64,000 nt of DNA from Mobula hypostoma (taxonomy: Eukaryota): the NCBI RefSeq assembly GCF_963921235.1, contig NC_086097.1, positions 50,284,001 to 50,348,000 on the forward strand, in the 5' to 3' direction. Below the pieces are notes generated by a model. The model ran no database searches. It worked only from the letters and a program-made list of their open reading frames with translations, and was not told the origin of the DNA. Positions 38,168-51,059 of this stretch are shown piece after piece (the first letter of the stretch is position 1; each line of letters starts with the position of its first letter). Both the position numbers and the translations under genes were made by a program.

Positions 38168-41100
38168 ACTGTGCGGGGCCTATCTATGGCAGCAACTGAG
38201 CTCGACGAAGGAGTGCTATTTGCAGGTCAGAGGCGGTTACTTAAAACGAGAGCTTCGCAGGTGTTAGTCCATTGTGCGGGACCTGTCAACGGCAGCAACT
38301 GAGCTCAACGAACTAAATAAAAGTACAGAAGGGATAAGCGGAGCGGCCATTGTCAGGAGTAGGCCAGTGGCGAGAGTAGAAGCGAGAGGCTTTGGCGAAA
38401 GCGGTCTTCGGCAAGGTAAGTGGGTAGGTGGACTTCGTTTTTGGTTTTTCTTTGCATTTTTTTGAGGAATAGAGAGCATGTCTATAGGGTTAGTATTTTG
38501 CTCTGGGTGTCGGTTGTGGGAATCCTGGGAATCTTCCAGTCTCCCAGATGGCCACATCTGCAGCACCAGGAGATACAGCTCCTGAGAGACCGTGTTAGGG
38601 ATCTGGAGCTGCGGCTCGATGACCTACAGCTTATTAACGAGAGTGAACAGGAGATAGTTAGGAGCTACAGGGAGTTAGTCACCCCGAGGCTGCAGGAGTT
38701 AGGTAAGTGGGTGACGGTTAGGGAAGGGAAGGGAAGAGCTCAGATGGTAGAGAGCATCCCTGTGGCCATCCCCCTCAGTAATCGTTATCTTATATTGGAT
38801 GCTGTTGAGGGGTGACCAGACAGAGTCTGACCAGACCAGACCACTGTGATCAGGTCTCTGGTACTGAGCCTGGCTCTGTGGTACAGAAGGGAAAGAGGAA
38901 GATGAGGAATGCAGTAGTCATGGGGGATTTCGTGGTGAGGGGAATAGACAGGAGGTTCTGTCAGCCTGATAGAGATACCCCCGTGGTGTGTTGCCTCCCA
39001 GGTGCCAGGGTATGGGATATCTCGGATCGAGTGCAGAGTATTCTGAAGGGAGAGGGTGAACAGCCAGAAGTCTTGGTACACGTTGGTACCAGTGACCTAA
39101 GTAGAAAAAGAGAGGAGATCCTGAAGAGAGAATTCAGGGAGTTAGGTAGGAAGCTGAAAAGCAGGACCTCGAGGGTAGTAATCTCAGGATTGCTGCCTGT
39201 GCCATGTGCTAACGAGCACAAGAATAGCATAATCAGGCATATTAATGTGTGGCTGAGAGACTGGTGTAGGAGGCAGGGCTTCAGATTCCTGGATCATTGG
39301 GGCCTCTTCTGGGAGAGATATGACCTGTACAAAAAGGACAGGTTACACCTGAATCCAAAGGGGTCCAATATCCTAGCGGGCACATTCAATAGAACTGTTA
39401 GGGAGGGTTTAAACTAAGCTGGCAGGGGGATGGGAACTGGAGTGATAGGGTTGAGGAAGGGGAAAACAGAAATAAATCAAAGGTAGCATGCAACAGAGAT
39501 TATAGAAAGAACAGACAGGAGATGAGTCTTAGTCACAGCCAGCAGCATGAGTCACAGGGCAATAGAGGCATGGTGCAGTTAAAACAGAAAGCAACAAATA
39601 CCGGACTGAAAGTGTTATATTTGAATACACGCAACATGAGGAATAAAATGGACGATCTTGAAATTTAGCTACAGATTGGCAAGTATGACATTGTGGCCAT
39701 CTCTGAAACTTGGCTAAAGGATGGCTGCCATTGGGAGCTGAATGTCCAAGGATATACGGTGTGTTTGTTGGAAAGATAGGTTAGTAGGCAGAGGGGGTGG
39801 TGTGGCCCTGTGAAATAATATTCAATCATTAGAAAGTGATGACATAGGATTGGAAGGTGTAGAGTTTCTATGGGTTAAGTTACGAAATGACAAGGGTAAA
39901 AGGACCCTAATGGCAGTTGTATACAGGCCTCCAAACAGCAGCCAGGGTGTAGATTACAAATTACAGCAGGAGATAGAAAAGGCATGTCAGAAAGGCAATG
40001 TCATGATCATCGTTGGGATTTTTAACATGGAAGTGGATTGGGAAAACCAGGTCAGTACTGGACCTCAAGCGAGAGAATTTGTAGAATGTCTAAGGGATGG
40101 CTTTTTAGAACAGCTTGCTGTTGAGCCCACTGTGGATCAGCTGTGCTGGATTGGGTGTTGTGCAATGATCTGGAGGTGATAAGAGAGCTTAAGATTAAGG
40201 AACCCTTAGGAAACAGTGATCACAATGTGATGGAGTTCACATTGAAATTTGAGAAGGAAAAAATAAAATCTAATGTGTCGGTATTTCAGTGGAATAAAGG
40301 AAATTACAATGGCATGAGAGGGGAACTGGCCGAAGTTGACTGGAAAGGGACATTTGCAGGAAGGGCAGCAGAGCAGCAATGGCTGAAGTTTCTGCAGAAA
40401 GTGAGGGACATGCAAGACAGATACATTCCAAATAAGAAGAAATTTTCAAATGGAAGAAGGACACTATCATGGCTGACAAGTGAAGTCAGAGCCGAAGTAA
40501 AAGCAAAAGAGAGGGCATACAAGGAAGCCAGAGCTAGTGGGAAGATAGAGGATTGGGAAGCTTGTAAAAACTTGCAGAAGGAAACTAAGAGGGTCGTTAG
40601 GAAGGAAAAGATGAATTATGAAAGGAAGCTGGTGACTAATATCAAAGAAGATGCTAAAAGCATTTTTAAGTATATAAAGGGTAAAAGGGAGTCGAGGGTA
40701 GATAATAGGACCAATACAGAATGTTGCTGTAGATACTGTAAAGAGAGAGAGGCAGAGATGACAGAGGAACTGAATGCGTATTTTGCGTCGGTCTTCACAG
40801 TGGTTGACGTCTGCGGTATATCGGACATTCAAGAGTGTCAGGGAAGTGAAGTATGTGCAGTGAAAATTACAACTGAGAAGGTGCTCAGGAAGCTTAATGG
40901 TCTGAGGGTGGATAAATCTCCTGGACCTGATGGAATGCACCCTCGGGTTCTGAAGGAAGTAGCTGGAGAGATTGCGGAGGCATTACCGGTGATCTTTCAA
41001 GAATCGATAGATTCTGGCATTGTACCGGATGACTGGAAAATTGCAAATGTTACTCCACTGTTTAAGAAGAGTGGGAGGTAGCAGAAAGGAAACTATAGAC

Positions 41101-42468
41101 ATGTTAGCCTGACATCAGTGGTTGGGAAGTTGTTAGAATCGATTGTTAGGGATGAAATTATGGAGTACTTAGAAGCACATGACAAGATAGGCCAAAGCCA
41201 GAATGGTTTTCTGAAAGGAAAATCCTGCCTGACAAACCTACTGCATTCTTTGAGGAATTTACAAGCAGGGTAGACAAAGGAGATGCAGTAGATGTGGTGT
41301 AGTTGGATTTTCAGAAGGCCTTTGACAAGGTGCTGCACATGAGGCTGCTTAGTAAGATAAGAGCCCGTGGAATTACAGGGAAGTTACTAGCATGGGCGGA
41401 GCATTGGCTGATTGGCTGAAAACAGAGAGTGGGAATAAAGGGATCCTATTCTGGCTGGTTGCTGGTTACCAGTGGAGTTCCACAGGGGTCAGTGTTGGGA
41501 CCGCTGCTTTTTATGATGTATGTCAATGATTTAGATTAATGGATTTGTGGCTAAATTTGCCGAAGATACAAAGATGGGTGCAGGAGCAGGTAGTGTTGCG
41601 GAAACGGAGAGCCTACAGAGAGACTTAGTTTAGGGGAACGGGCAAAGAAGTGGCAAATGAAATACAATGTTGGAAAGTGTATGGTGGGAGAAATAAATGG
41701 GCAAACTATTATTTAGACGGGGAGAGAATTCAAAATGCAAAGATGTAAAGGAACTGGGGAGTCTTTGTGTAGGATACCCTAAAGGTTAACCTCCAGGTTG
41801 AGTCAGTTGTGAAGAAGGTGAATGCAATGTTGGCATTCATTTCTAGAGATATAGAATATAAGAGCAGGGATGTGATTTTGAGGCTCTATAAGGCACTCGT
41901 GAGACCACACTTGGAGTATTGTGTGCAGTTTTGGGCTCCTTATTTTAGAAAGGATATAATGACATTGGAGATGGTTCAGAGAAGATTCACAAGAATGATT
42001 CCAGGAATGAAAGGGTTACCATATGAGGAACGTCTGGCAGCTCATGGGCTATATTCCCTGGAGTTCAGGAGAATGAGGGGGGATCTCATAGAAACATTCC
42101 GAATGTTAAAAGGCCTGAAGAGATTAGATATGGAAAAGTTATTTCCCATGTTTGGGGATTCTAGGACAAGAGACCACGACTTCAGGATTGAAGGACTTTC
42201 ATTTAGAACTGAGGTGCAGAGAAATTACTTTAGTCAGAGGGTGGTAAATCTGTGGAATTTGTTGCCATGAGCGGCTGTGGAGGCCAAGTCATTGGGTGTA
42301 TTTAAGGCAGAGATAGATATGTTCTTGATTAGCCAGGGCATCAAAGGGTATGGGGTGAAGGCAGGGGAGTGGGGATGACTGGAAGAGTTGGATCAGCCCA
42401 TGATTGAATAGTGGAGCAGACTCAATGGGCCGAATGGCCTACTTCTGCTCCTATATCTTATGGTCTTA
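38168..42468 (+). mobile_element. Essentially full-length CR1 LINE (ORF1 esterase type, EN, RT; multiple stops/frameshifts)
   Basis: ORF1 coiled coil plus SGNH-like esterase (VVMGDF, CLPGA, VHVGTSD, DRLHLNPKG; 38478-39417). EN (VVYRPPN, GNSDHN), RT (KSPGPDGMHPRVLKE, RPHLEYCVQFWAP), tail tcttatggtcttat. Confidence 0.95.
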
Positions 42469-42519
42469 TCTTGTGTCTGTGTGTTACTTGGGATTTCCAG
42501 CATCTGCGGAAGCTCTTGC

Positions 42520-43148
42520 TTTTGGAAGTCCTAGTTCAGGGTTCCCTTAACATCAATTTGCAGGCTGTGTTGGTAGTAAGGAAGGCAAGTTATTTGAAAC
42601 AACTAGAATATTAAAGCAAGGATATATTGCTGAGATCTTAAGGCATTGGTCAGACCACATTTGGAATATTGTAAGCAATTTTGGGTCCCATATCAAAGGA
42701 AAAATATGCTGGCCCTGAAGAGGAGATTCACAAGCATAATTCCAGGAATGAAAAACTTAATGTATAAGGAATGTTTGGGGTCTCTGGGTCTGTGCTTGAT
42801 GGTTCAGAAGGCTAACGGGAGGAACATACAGAATACTGAAAGCCTGGATATAGTGGACAAGGAAAAGATGTTTCTGTTACTCTAGGATCCAATGGCACAG
42901 CCTCAGAATGAAGCGACGTTAGATGATGGTGAATCTGCGAAATTTGTTTCCACAGGCAGCTGTGTCGGCTGAATCATTGGGTGCATTTAAGACGGATTTT
43001 TGATAGGTTCTTGATTGGTAAAAGGGTTAAGGGTTACAAGGAGAAGCCAGGATAATGGAATTGAAATGAATAAAAAGAAATGTGATTGTCAGACCAGACT
43101 TGATGGGCCAAAGGGCCTGTTTCTGATCCTATACCTTATGGTCTTACT
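42520..43148 (+). mobile_element. Older CR1 3' fragment (continuation of the remnant at ~37990-38092)
   Basis: VRPHLEYCKQFW peptide; ccttatggtctta tail. Confidence 0.75.
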
Positions 43149-43409
43149 ATCAGCAATCAGAACTTGTACTTTTGTAAGCCTTAGTATTAGCATTGAAAGG
43201 ATAATGCTGAGTCTAAAAACGGATAATTAAAACATCTCTCAGAGGTGGCTTTTGAACTGAGCTTTAAAGTAGAGCGAGTTTGAGAGAGTAGGAGACCTGA
43301 AGTTTGAAGAATGGAAGGCCAGCTGGAGGACAGTAGAATTAATTATAATCCTTGTGTTAGTTTTGGTGGAAGGTGATTGTGAAAGTGAATAATGATGAAA
43401 GTTAAAAGT

Positions 43410-43665
43410 TCTTGTCCAATTTCCTCTCCTATCAGATTCCTTCTTTTCTCCAGTCCCTAACCTTTCCCAACCACCTGGCTTCACCTGTCATTTTCTAGCT
43501 CATCCTCTTTTCCCTCCCTCCACTTTTTATCCTGGCATCTTCCCCCTTTCTTTCCAGTTCTGAAGAAGGGTCTAAGTCTGAAATGTCAACTGTTTACTCA
43601 TTTCCATAGCTGCTGTCTGACCTGCAGAGTTCCTCCAGAATTGTGTGTGTGCGCGTGTGTGTTGC
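43410..43665 (+). mobile_element. Solo Penelope pLTR remnant with hammerhead motif (43556-43591)
   Basis: cagtt CTGAAGA agg-gtctaag-tct GAAA t GTC aactg followed by gctgctgtctgacctgcagagttcctccag, as in other pLTR copies. Confidence 0.7.
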
Positions 43666-45818
43666 TCATGAATACTGTGTGCTGTAATATAGATATTTCC
43701 ACAAGGTGGCGCAGTTCAACAGTAAAACTGCAGCTTTGTCCTCTGAATTGGCATTGGTTTATTGTTATCACATGTACAGTGAAGAGCTTACCTTGCATAC
43801 TTCACGCGGATCAAATCAGTACACAGTGCATTGAGGTAGTACAAGGTAAGACGGTAACAGAATGCAGAATAAAGAGTACAGCCACAGAGAAAGTGCAGTG
43901 CAGGTAGACACTGAAGTAGAAGATCAAAATGAAGTAAGTTGTGATGTCAAGAGTTAATCAAGATGTGATAGTGTGCATCTACAAGTAATCCCAATGGTTT
44001 ATTGACCACTAGAGGGAATGAATAAAGTAATAAAATATTTTATGTTCACAATGCTGAAATGCAGCTATTTCAAGTTACTTTGATTTGCCTATCATAGGTG
44101 TCTTCTAATATTTTGGTGAAAGTCCTAGTTGCAAATGACCAATGGTTATTTGACTGTCTTAAGCTTAGATTCATAGCGTTATGCAATGGCAAACATGACC
44201 TTTGGCCTAACTCATCCATGCCGACCAAGGAGCCTATCTGACCTAGTCCTATTTGTCTTCATTTGGCCTATATCCCTCGAAAACTTTCCAATCCATGCAC
44301 TTGTCCAAATGTCTTTTAGGCACTGTAAGTGTTGCCACATTTACAACTTCCTCTGGTAGATCATTGCACATACCACACGGAAAAACTTGACTCTCGGGAT
44401 CCTTTTAAATCTTTCGTTTTCCGTCTTGAACCTTTGCCCCCACTAGTTTTAGACTACCAGGGGAAAAGGTATGAACATTCATCTTTTCTATGCCCTGAAG
44501 ATTTTATAAAGCTCTATAAGGTCTCCTTCACTTCAGAGAAAACAGTCCCAGCTTATTCAGTGTCTCCTTACAACAATCCCAGCACCATCCTTGTAAAATT
44601 TTTCTGCACCCAGAAATGCATGTGGTATTCCAAGTGCTGTCTCACCAACATGACAGCCCAGCTCTTGTACTCATCGCCCTGACTAATGAAGGCAAGTGAA
44701 CGATACACCACCTTCACCACCTTCTCTATGTTGCTCCAAGCATATCCTAGATACTTCTTTTCTGAAGCGGAATCAGGGGGTTTGTAATTTGACAGCCTTC
44801 TTCCCTTTACGTTTGCTTCTCAGTGGTCAGCTGTAACTTGGGGGCCTCACTCTGCCAAGATAGATTCTTCTGCATCTGCTGCAGGAGAGGGCAATGAGCT
44901 GAGAAGCTCTAGGATCTGCTGGTCTCTGTATTACTGCGGATCCATTTCTCAGCCAGCTGAACAATCTGCTTCTCTCCCCAAACACCTCCTGGACATGCAA
45001 TCTCTGGAAGTCTTTGCAATCACAATGTGCTGTGGCAAACAGCTTTTTGGAAAACAAGGCCATCCCCTAATCTGCATTCCCCGCTGGACTTTTATACAAA
45101 GCTGTATTTCCCCTTGATGCAATCACACTCGTTCACTATTGATGTCTCAAGATCTCATCTGGCAGTCACTTAAAAACTATGACACTTCTCAGTCAGACAA
45201 TACAGTATGCTGAAAATTATAATTCTTGAATTTAAATAGTTGAGCAGATGTAGTTACTTTGTTCTTTTAGATGACCAACAGAGGGCATCATATCATAGGA
45301 AGTGACCCACTGTCAGACACCCCATGGAAATCTCTTTGGCAAATGGAAGCCTGTTGAATGGCTGATACTATTTGTTTCCTGCTGATCACAAAATACGACC
45401 CGATAAACTTTACCTGACTATTTTGCCTCTTGTTACTTGGCCAGTCTTGAGCAAATGCCAAGCCCATAATCCCACCACATGGGAACACAGTCAGCGGTGG
45501 GCTCTTTTACAATGCTGATTGACCCTTTCATCAGTGTCACAGAGTATAGTGAATCTACAGGAACTCCTTCTCAGAGTACCTACATCAAAAGGATTGCAAC
45601 ATTTCGGTAAGGTAGGTCAGCATCACCTTGCCGAGGCCACCAAGGGATTGGCATTAAATGCTGGCCTCTCTAGTGGTACCTGAAAAACAAATGAGTCCAT
45701 CATTAAATTCTCTTTTGTATTGGTCAAGTGTTATAACTATGCTGACAGCCTTTCGTTTATAAGTGTTTTCTTAGATTTTTATAAGGGTTGTAATGATAAC
45801 CCGATTCGGGGTAGTGTG

Positions 45819-45979
45819 AACAACAGGAATTCTGCAGATGCTGGGAATTCAAGCAACACACATCAAAGTTGCTGGTGAACGCAGCAGGCCAGGCAGCATC
45901 TCTAGGAAGAGGTACAGTCGACGTTTCAGGCCGAGACTCTTCGTCCGGACTAACTGAAGGAAGAGTTAGTAAGAGATTT
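45819..45979 (-). mobile_element. Short pLTR 3'-end insertion of the same young Penelope family
   Basis: Near-identical to the reverse complement of ~34975-35134. 10-bp TSD gggtagtgtg (45809-45818, 45980-45989). Hammerhead core mutated to CGGACGA. Confidence 0.88.
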
Positions 45980-47240
45980 GGGTAGTGTGGCTGAGACTTC
46001 ACAGCACAAGTCAAATTGTATATGCTTTGATTATGTTTCAGAAGAGACCTGGCTTTTTATTGTGAAAATAGTCACAAGAACTTTGTATTGAAACTTGGAG
46101 AAGATTGCATTTGAAACAGTTAGATAATGCCAATATTTTGAGTACTTAATAAAAGGAAAATTAAGAGTAAATGTAAGCAGTATGGCTATAAATGCATGCA
46201 AAGCAAAAACACTTGAATCTATGTACAAAATTTTTGAAAGTGGCAAACAAATTGATATTGGCTGTTTATTTAGAAAGCACCTGGGGTCCTTGCATTTACG
46301 CTTCATTAACTAAAACCAAACAACTTAATCTAAGCATACATAAAATATTGGTTAGATCTAAGCTGTATGAATGTTTCCCTTCTACGGTGTGGTGCCTAGA
46401 GGGACTGGAGACTTGCTGGAATAGGTTCGGGGATGTGGGGTTTCTGATGTACAAAGAAAATTGACACCTGACCTGTCCTCCCCTAAGCAGAGGGCTAATG
46501 AAAAATTTAAGTGTACAAAATTAATGAAGGGTTTGATGAGAGTGAGGAAGGATATTTGTGCACTGTGGCAGAAATCTCAGCAGCAAGGGGAAAATGGATT
46601 GAAGTGATTGGCAAAGCATCCAGAGAAGGAAAGAACTGGATATATTCGAGTAGAAATTTCTCAGTCGAGATGCAGGAGGCTGCAGATGACGGAATCTAGA
46701 ACAATGTGTTCTCTGGCTCTTTGACCACGTTCTTACCAAGAGCCCTGGTGGTCCAATATTTTCTCAGCCTCTGGACATTCCTAGGGTGATATCAAAGCAT
46801 GATTGATTAATTGGCCTCATTTTTTATTAAACCATGATTTTATTCTCCCAGCACTTTGCATTTATTTTGATAGAATCTTTTGGTGTTGTTTGAAGAAAAA
46901 TTCGTATTGCCAGTAGTACTTCAGTTTTCAAATGCTTCGGGGATTGACCTTAATTTGTCAAACTGACTTTTCTCTCACTCAATGTAATTGAAAATTACTG
47001 TCAAAAATGCATTCCACTTTATTAATTGCAACATTATATATTGCAATGTGACTAAAATAATGTTATAATTTATTAATTTCTCTGAAATAGATTGTAGAAA
47101 ATATTTCTTGTAAGGATTGTATAATATTTTATGTAATTTCTGGTTGTAAATATGATTTGACAGTCTGCCATTCACACTGTTTGAATATTAGTTACTTTTA
47201 TTCAGATAATTTACATTTTTTCCTTGTGTATACCTCATAG

Positions 47241-47363
47241 GATAATGGACAAGCTGATCTAAAGGAGGCCATGGCTTCTTATTCAGACCTGGAGAAGACT
47301 GAAGTATTTGCAGGAGTTGCAGCCTTACCTCACAACGGTACAAAGGCCCTCATCCAGACCAGG
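47241..47363 (+). CDS. CLBA1: CLBA1-like coding exon 4 (DNGQADLKEA...GTKALIQTR)
   Basis: cctcatag| acceptor, AGG|gtacat donor, 123 nt, phase 0-0. KALIQTR matches the recalled CLBA1 KALIQTK motif. Confidence 0.85.
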
Positions 47364-47601
47364 GTACATGAAAATCTTGGCCTGATAGCTAGATTTGAGA
47401 GAGTAATTGTTTGACACTAGGAAGTGCATGGGGGCAAGTGTATAACTACAGAGGGAAGTGGGATTGGAATGAGATTGGTGGATGTGGATGGTGATTTGTA
47501 CAGGAAAATGGGTGTAACACACCCAACTTTTTAACTACATGGGTAGTAGTGTGTTTCTGCAAAGCATCCTAGAACTGATATACTAGCCCTTGAACTGTGT
47601 T

Positions 47602-47825
47602 GGGCACGTGGCCAAGTGGTTAAGGCATTCGTCTAGTGATCTGACTGTCGCTAGTTCAAACCTCAGCTGTGGCAGTGTGTTTGTGTCCTTGAGCAAGGCA
47701 CTTAACCACTCATTGCTCTAGTGTCTGTGCGAGGAGTGGCGTCCCACACAGACTTCCAATCTGTGCCTTGTAAGGCATGAAAATGCCCGACGCAGGCCTC
47801 TCGTGGTCTGAGTCGACGTTCCCCC
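47602..47825 (+). mobile_element. tRNA-headed CORE-type SINE
   Basis: gtggccaagtggttaagg A box, agttcaaacc B box, gtgtccttgagcaaggcacttaacc CORE-like domain. Confidence 0.85.
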
Positions 47826-50800
47826 CCCCACCCCCGAACTATATACATGTGCACAACGGGGTCAGCAGTTGGATGAGGCAAGGAAAGCAGAGAGGTTAAA
47901 ATAGTAGGAGCTCAATTCTATAGATAAAGAAAGGATGGCATTTTAGTGAAAAATTTGAGGGTGAAAGGAGCAAAAGGATATGCTGCACCACTTGTTCTTT
48001 TAGAAAACAAGTTGGATACTTGAAAGGAGAAGCAGGTGTGAGGAGGGTCGCTGATAAGGGTTTGGATAGGCTAGTGCTACATTGCTTGGTGAATACAGTA
48101 CAAAGCTTCAATAGATGGAAACATGACGATGTCTGTGAATGAGGTTTCGGGAAGGTCAATTTAACTGCCCGCTAAGGTTTGTGAGCTAAAGTCAGATAAG
48201 GTTCCTTGCACAATTCAGACAGTTTAGATGCAGGAACATCCAACTGTCTCTCCACCACTTAGCTAGTGTAATTATGTCAGGTCATCTTCATACCAATAGT
48301 ATCTCACAAGTAGTGGAAGGACAACCTGCCCAATTTAAAACTTGTTTGTGAATAGTCACTGAAAAATTTGCTGGAAGTTACTTGTTTCAGGAAATATCTG
48401 GTAGACTATTTTTCAGTTTTTCTCTGATCTTGGAAAGTTGATGAATGGAGCATTTCAATACTTGCGTTATTTTGGTCCCCCAGCGATGCACTCTCATGAG
48501 GACCACAACTCTAACTGTGGCTGCAGTTTCCTGCAGTGACATCATTAAGCTGAGGCATGTACTCTGACTTCTGATAACGTTGCACTTTTAACATGTTAGG
48601 TGAGGGCTTGTACCTTTTGGAAGTTATTACACACTTTGAAATGTAATGCTGACTATTTACTTTTGTTTTGATATAGCCATTAAGGAATCTGAGACAGATT
48701 GCACAATTTCTGCTCGGCTGTTAATTAATTTGACTGAAAATTTTAACTTGGGATATATGAACCATCCAGTTTTTATTATTCTGGAATTTGGGCACCACAG
48801 GAAAGACCAGCACTTATTGCCCATCCCTAATTCTCCTTAAATGATGTTGGTGAGGCTCCCTGTGTGAAGGTACTCCCGTAATGCTGTTGGGCAGGGATCA
48901 GAACCAGCAGCGGTGATCCATCTCCAACCCAAGACCTCAGAATCGGGTTTGACAGCACTGACATGCTTACGTCGTGGAATTTGTTGTTTTACTGTAGCTG
49001 TGCAATACTGCCAGTGGAAGTGGCGGATATGGACTTGATTTCAACGTTGAAGAGAAATTTGAATAAGTACGCAGATGGGTGGCGCACGGTGGTCTGTTGC
49101 CCAAGTGTGGGTCAATGGGATTAGGCAGAAAAACAGTGCAGCATGGGCTAAGTGAGGTGGTGCCTGTTCCTGTGCTGCAGTCTACGATGACTCTAATACA
49201 TTAAAAAATATTGCTCTAAGCTACGATAAGAATAAATAGTGCAAAACGAGAGCAAATAGCTTATGGGTTCACAGGCCATTCGGAAATCTAGGTAGAGAGG
49301 AAGAAACTGTTCCTAAAAACTTTGAGTGAACATCTTCAGGCTCCAGCACCACCTCCCTGATGATATAAATAAGAAGAGAGCGTATCTGGGTAGAACCTTC
49401 TTGTGGCATCTCTTTGAAGATGCCTTTGATGATGGGAGGCCAGTGCCTGTGATGGTGCTAGCCTGAGTGTACGACCCTCTGCGGCCTTTTCTGACTCTGT
49501 GCGTTGGTATTTTCATACAGACGGTAATGCATGGTACATCTGTAGAATTTTGCTAGAGACTTCTGTGATATACCTCATCTCCTCAAACCCCTATGAAACA
49601 TAGCAGTTGCCGTGCCGCCTTCATGATCACAACAATACCTTGGGCCCCGGATAGATCCACTGAGATGCTGACGCCCAGGAATTTGAAACTGCTCACCTTT
49701 ACTACTGCTGGCCCTTGATGAGGACGAGTGGTGAGCACCCTATGGCTGGCAGTGTTATGATGCACCTGCTACCCTGCCCTCGCCCGTCTTGTGTTTGGAA
49801 GGTGCTTTCGGAACAGCCTGAGCGAGTAAGAGTGGTACGCTTTAAGGAACAGCACTCGTTGCAGCCAGTGTGCTCTGGTATTGATGGAAGTTAATACTGA
49901 GGGGCTTAATAGGGTGGCCACTTCTCCCACATTCCCATCATTCCTACCACATACTTACACTGTGCAATCTGCGCTGGCCGATTGACCTGCAGATCTTTGG
50001 GACGAGGATGGAGCAGGTCCACCCTGTCATGGAAAACGTGTGAAGTCTACACAGACGGCACCAAAGGACAGCATGGAACTGAGGTTGCTGTACCTCTGCT
50101 CACTGTAGCGTTGTGCTATCCTGCATCGCGCTGAGCTGCTGGTGACGCACTCACCCAGACAGCTGAAGGATATTCAATCTTTCTCCTTGATGTTGTGTCT
50201 TGTGGATGGTGGACAGCCTTCTGGTGTCAGGGAGCAAGTCATGCTGTGCGTTACACAGCCCCTGACTTACTCATCACACTGATCCAGTCGATGGGGGTGG
50301 GGGTGAACTCTGATGGTAAAATCATCGAAAATCAAGGGAAGATGGTCCAATTCTCTCTTGTTACAATTGATACAGTTGAAGATTCCTGAGAGAGATGGTT
50401 CCAACAACAAAACTGTTATCCCTTTGATGCCAAGCTCAGCCCCTTGATGCCTTAATGTTAGTGGTATTCATCCCCACCTTGACTCCAGAAGTTGGCTCGT
50501 TGCTTCATGCCTGCACCATGGCTGTAATGAGGTCTGCAGCTGAGGGGATCTGGAGAAACCAAATTATGAATATGTGCCACTTGATATCACCATCGAAAAC
50601 AGACTTTGAGAGCAGACTGGTGGGATGGTAATTAGCCTGACTGGGTTTGTGCTGCAATGTGTGAAAGGACACGCTGGCCATTTTTCCATATTATCAGGTA
50701 GATTGCCAGTGTAAGTGTACTGAAACAGCTTGGCTGTAGACACTGATAGTAGTGGAGTACAGGTCTCCACTGCTATCTCTAGGATGCTGTATAGGCTCGT

Positions 50801-51059
50801 GCCTTATACTATATCCAGTGCTCTTTGCCGTTTGCTGGTATGACATGAACTGAACTGAGTTGATTGGAGACTGCCTTTTCAGATGGTGGGGATCTCAGGA
50901 GGAAACCTACAAGGGTTAGCTGTTCCCTATTTCTGGGTGAATTTGCTTCAGCCTTTTCTTAAGCTCTCAAATGATTGTTGGGGATGGGCATGTTTTTGGA
51001 GCCACCTTTTCCAGCTAGCTGTTCACTTCACCAGCAGCATTCACAACTAGAGATGTTGG

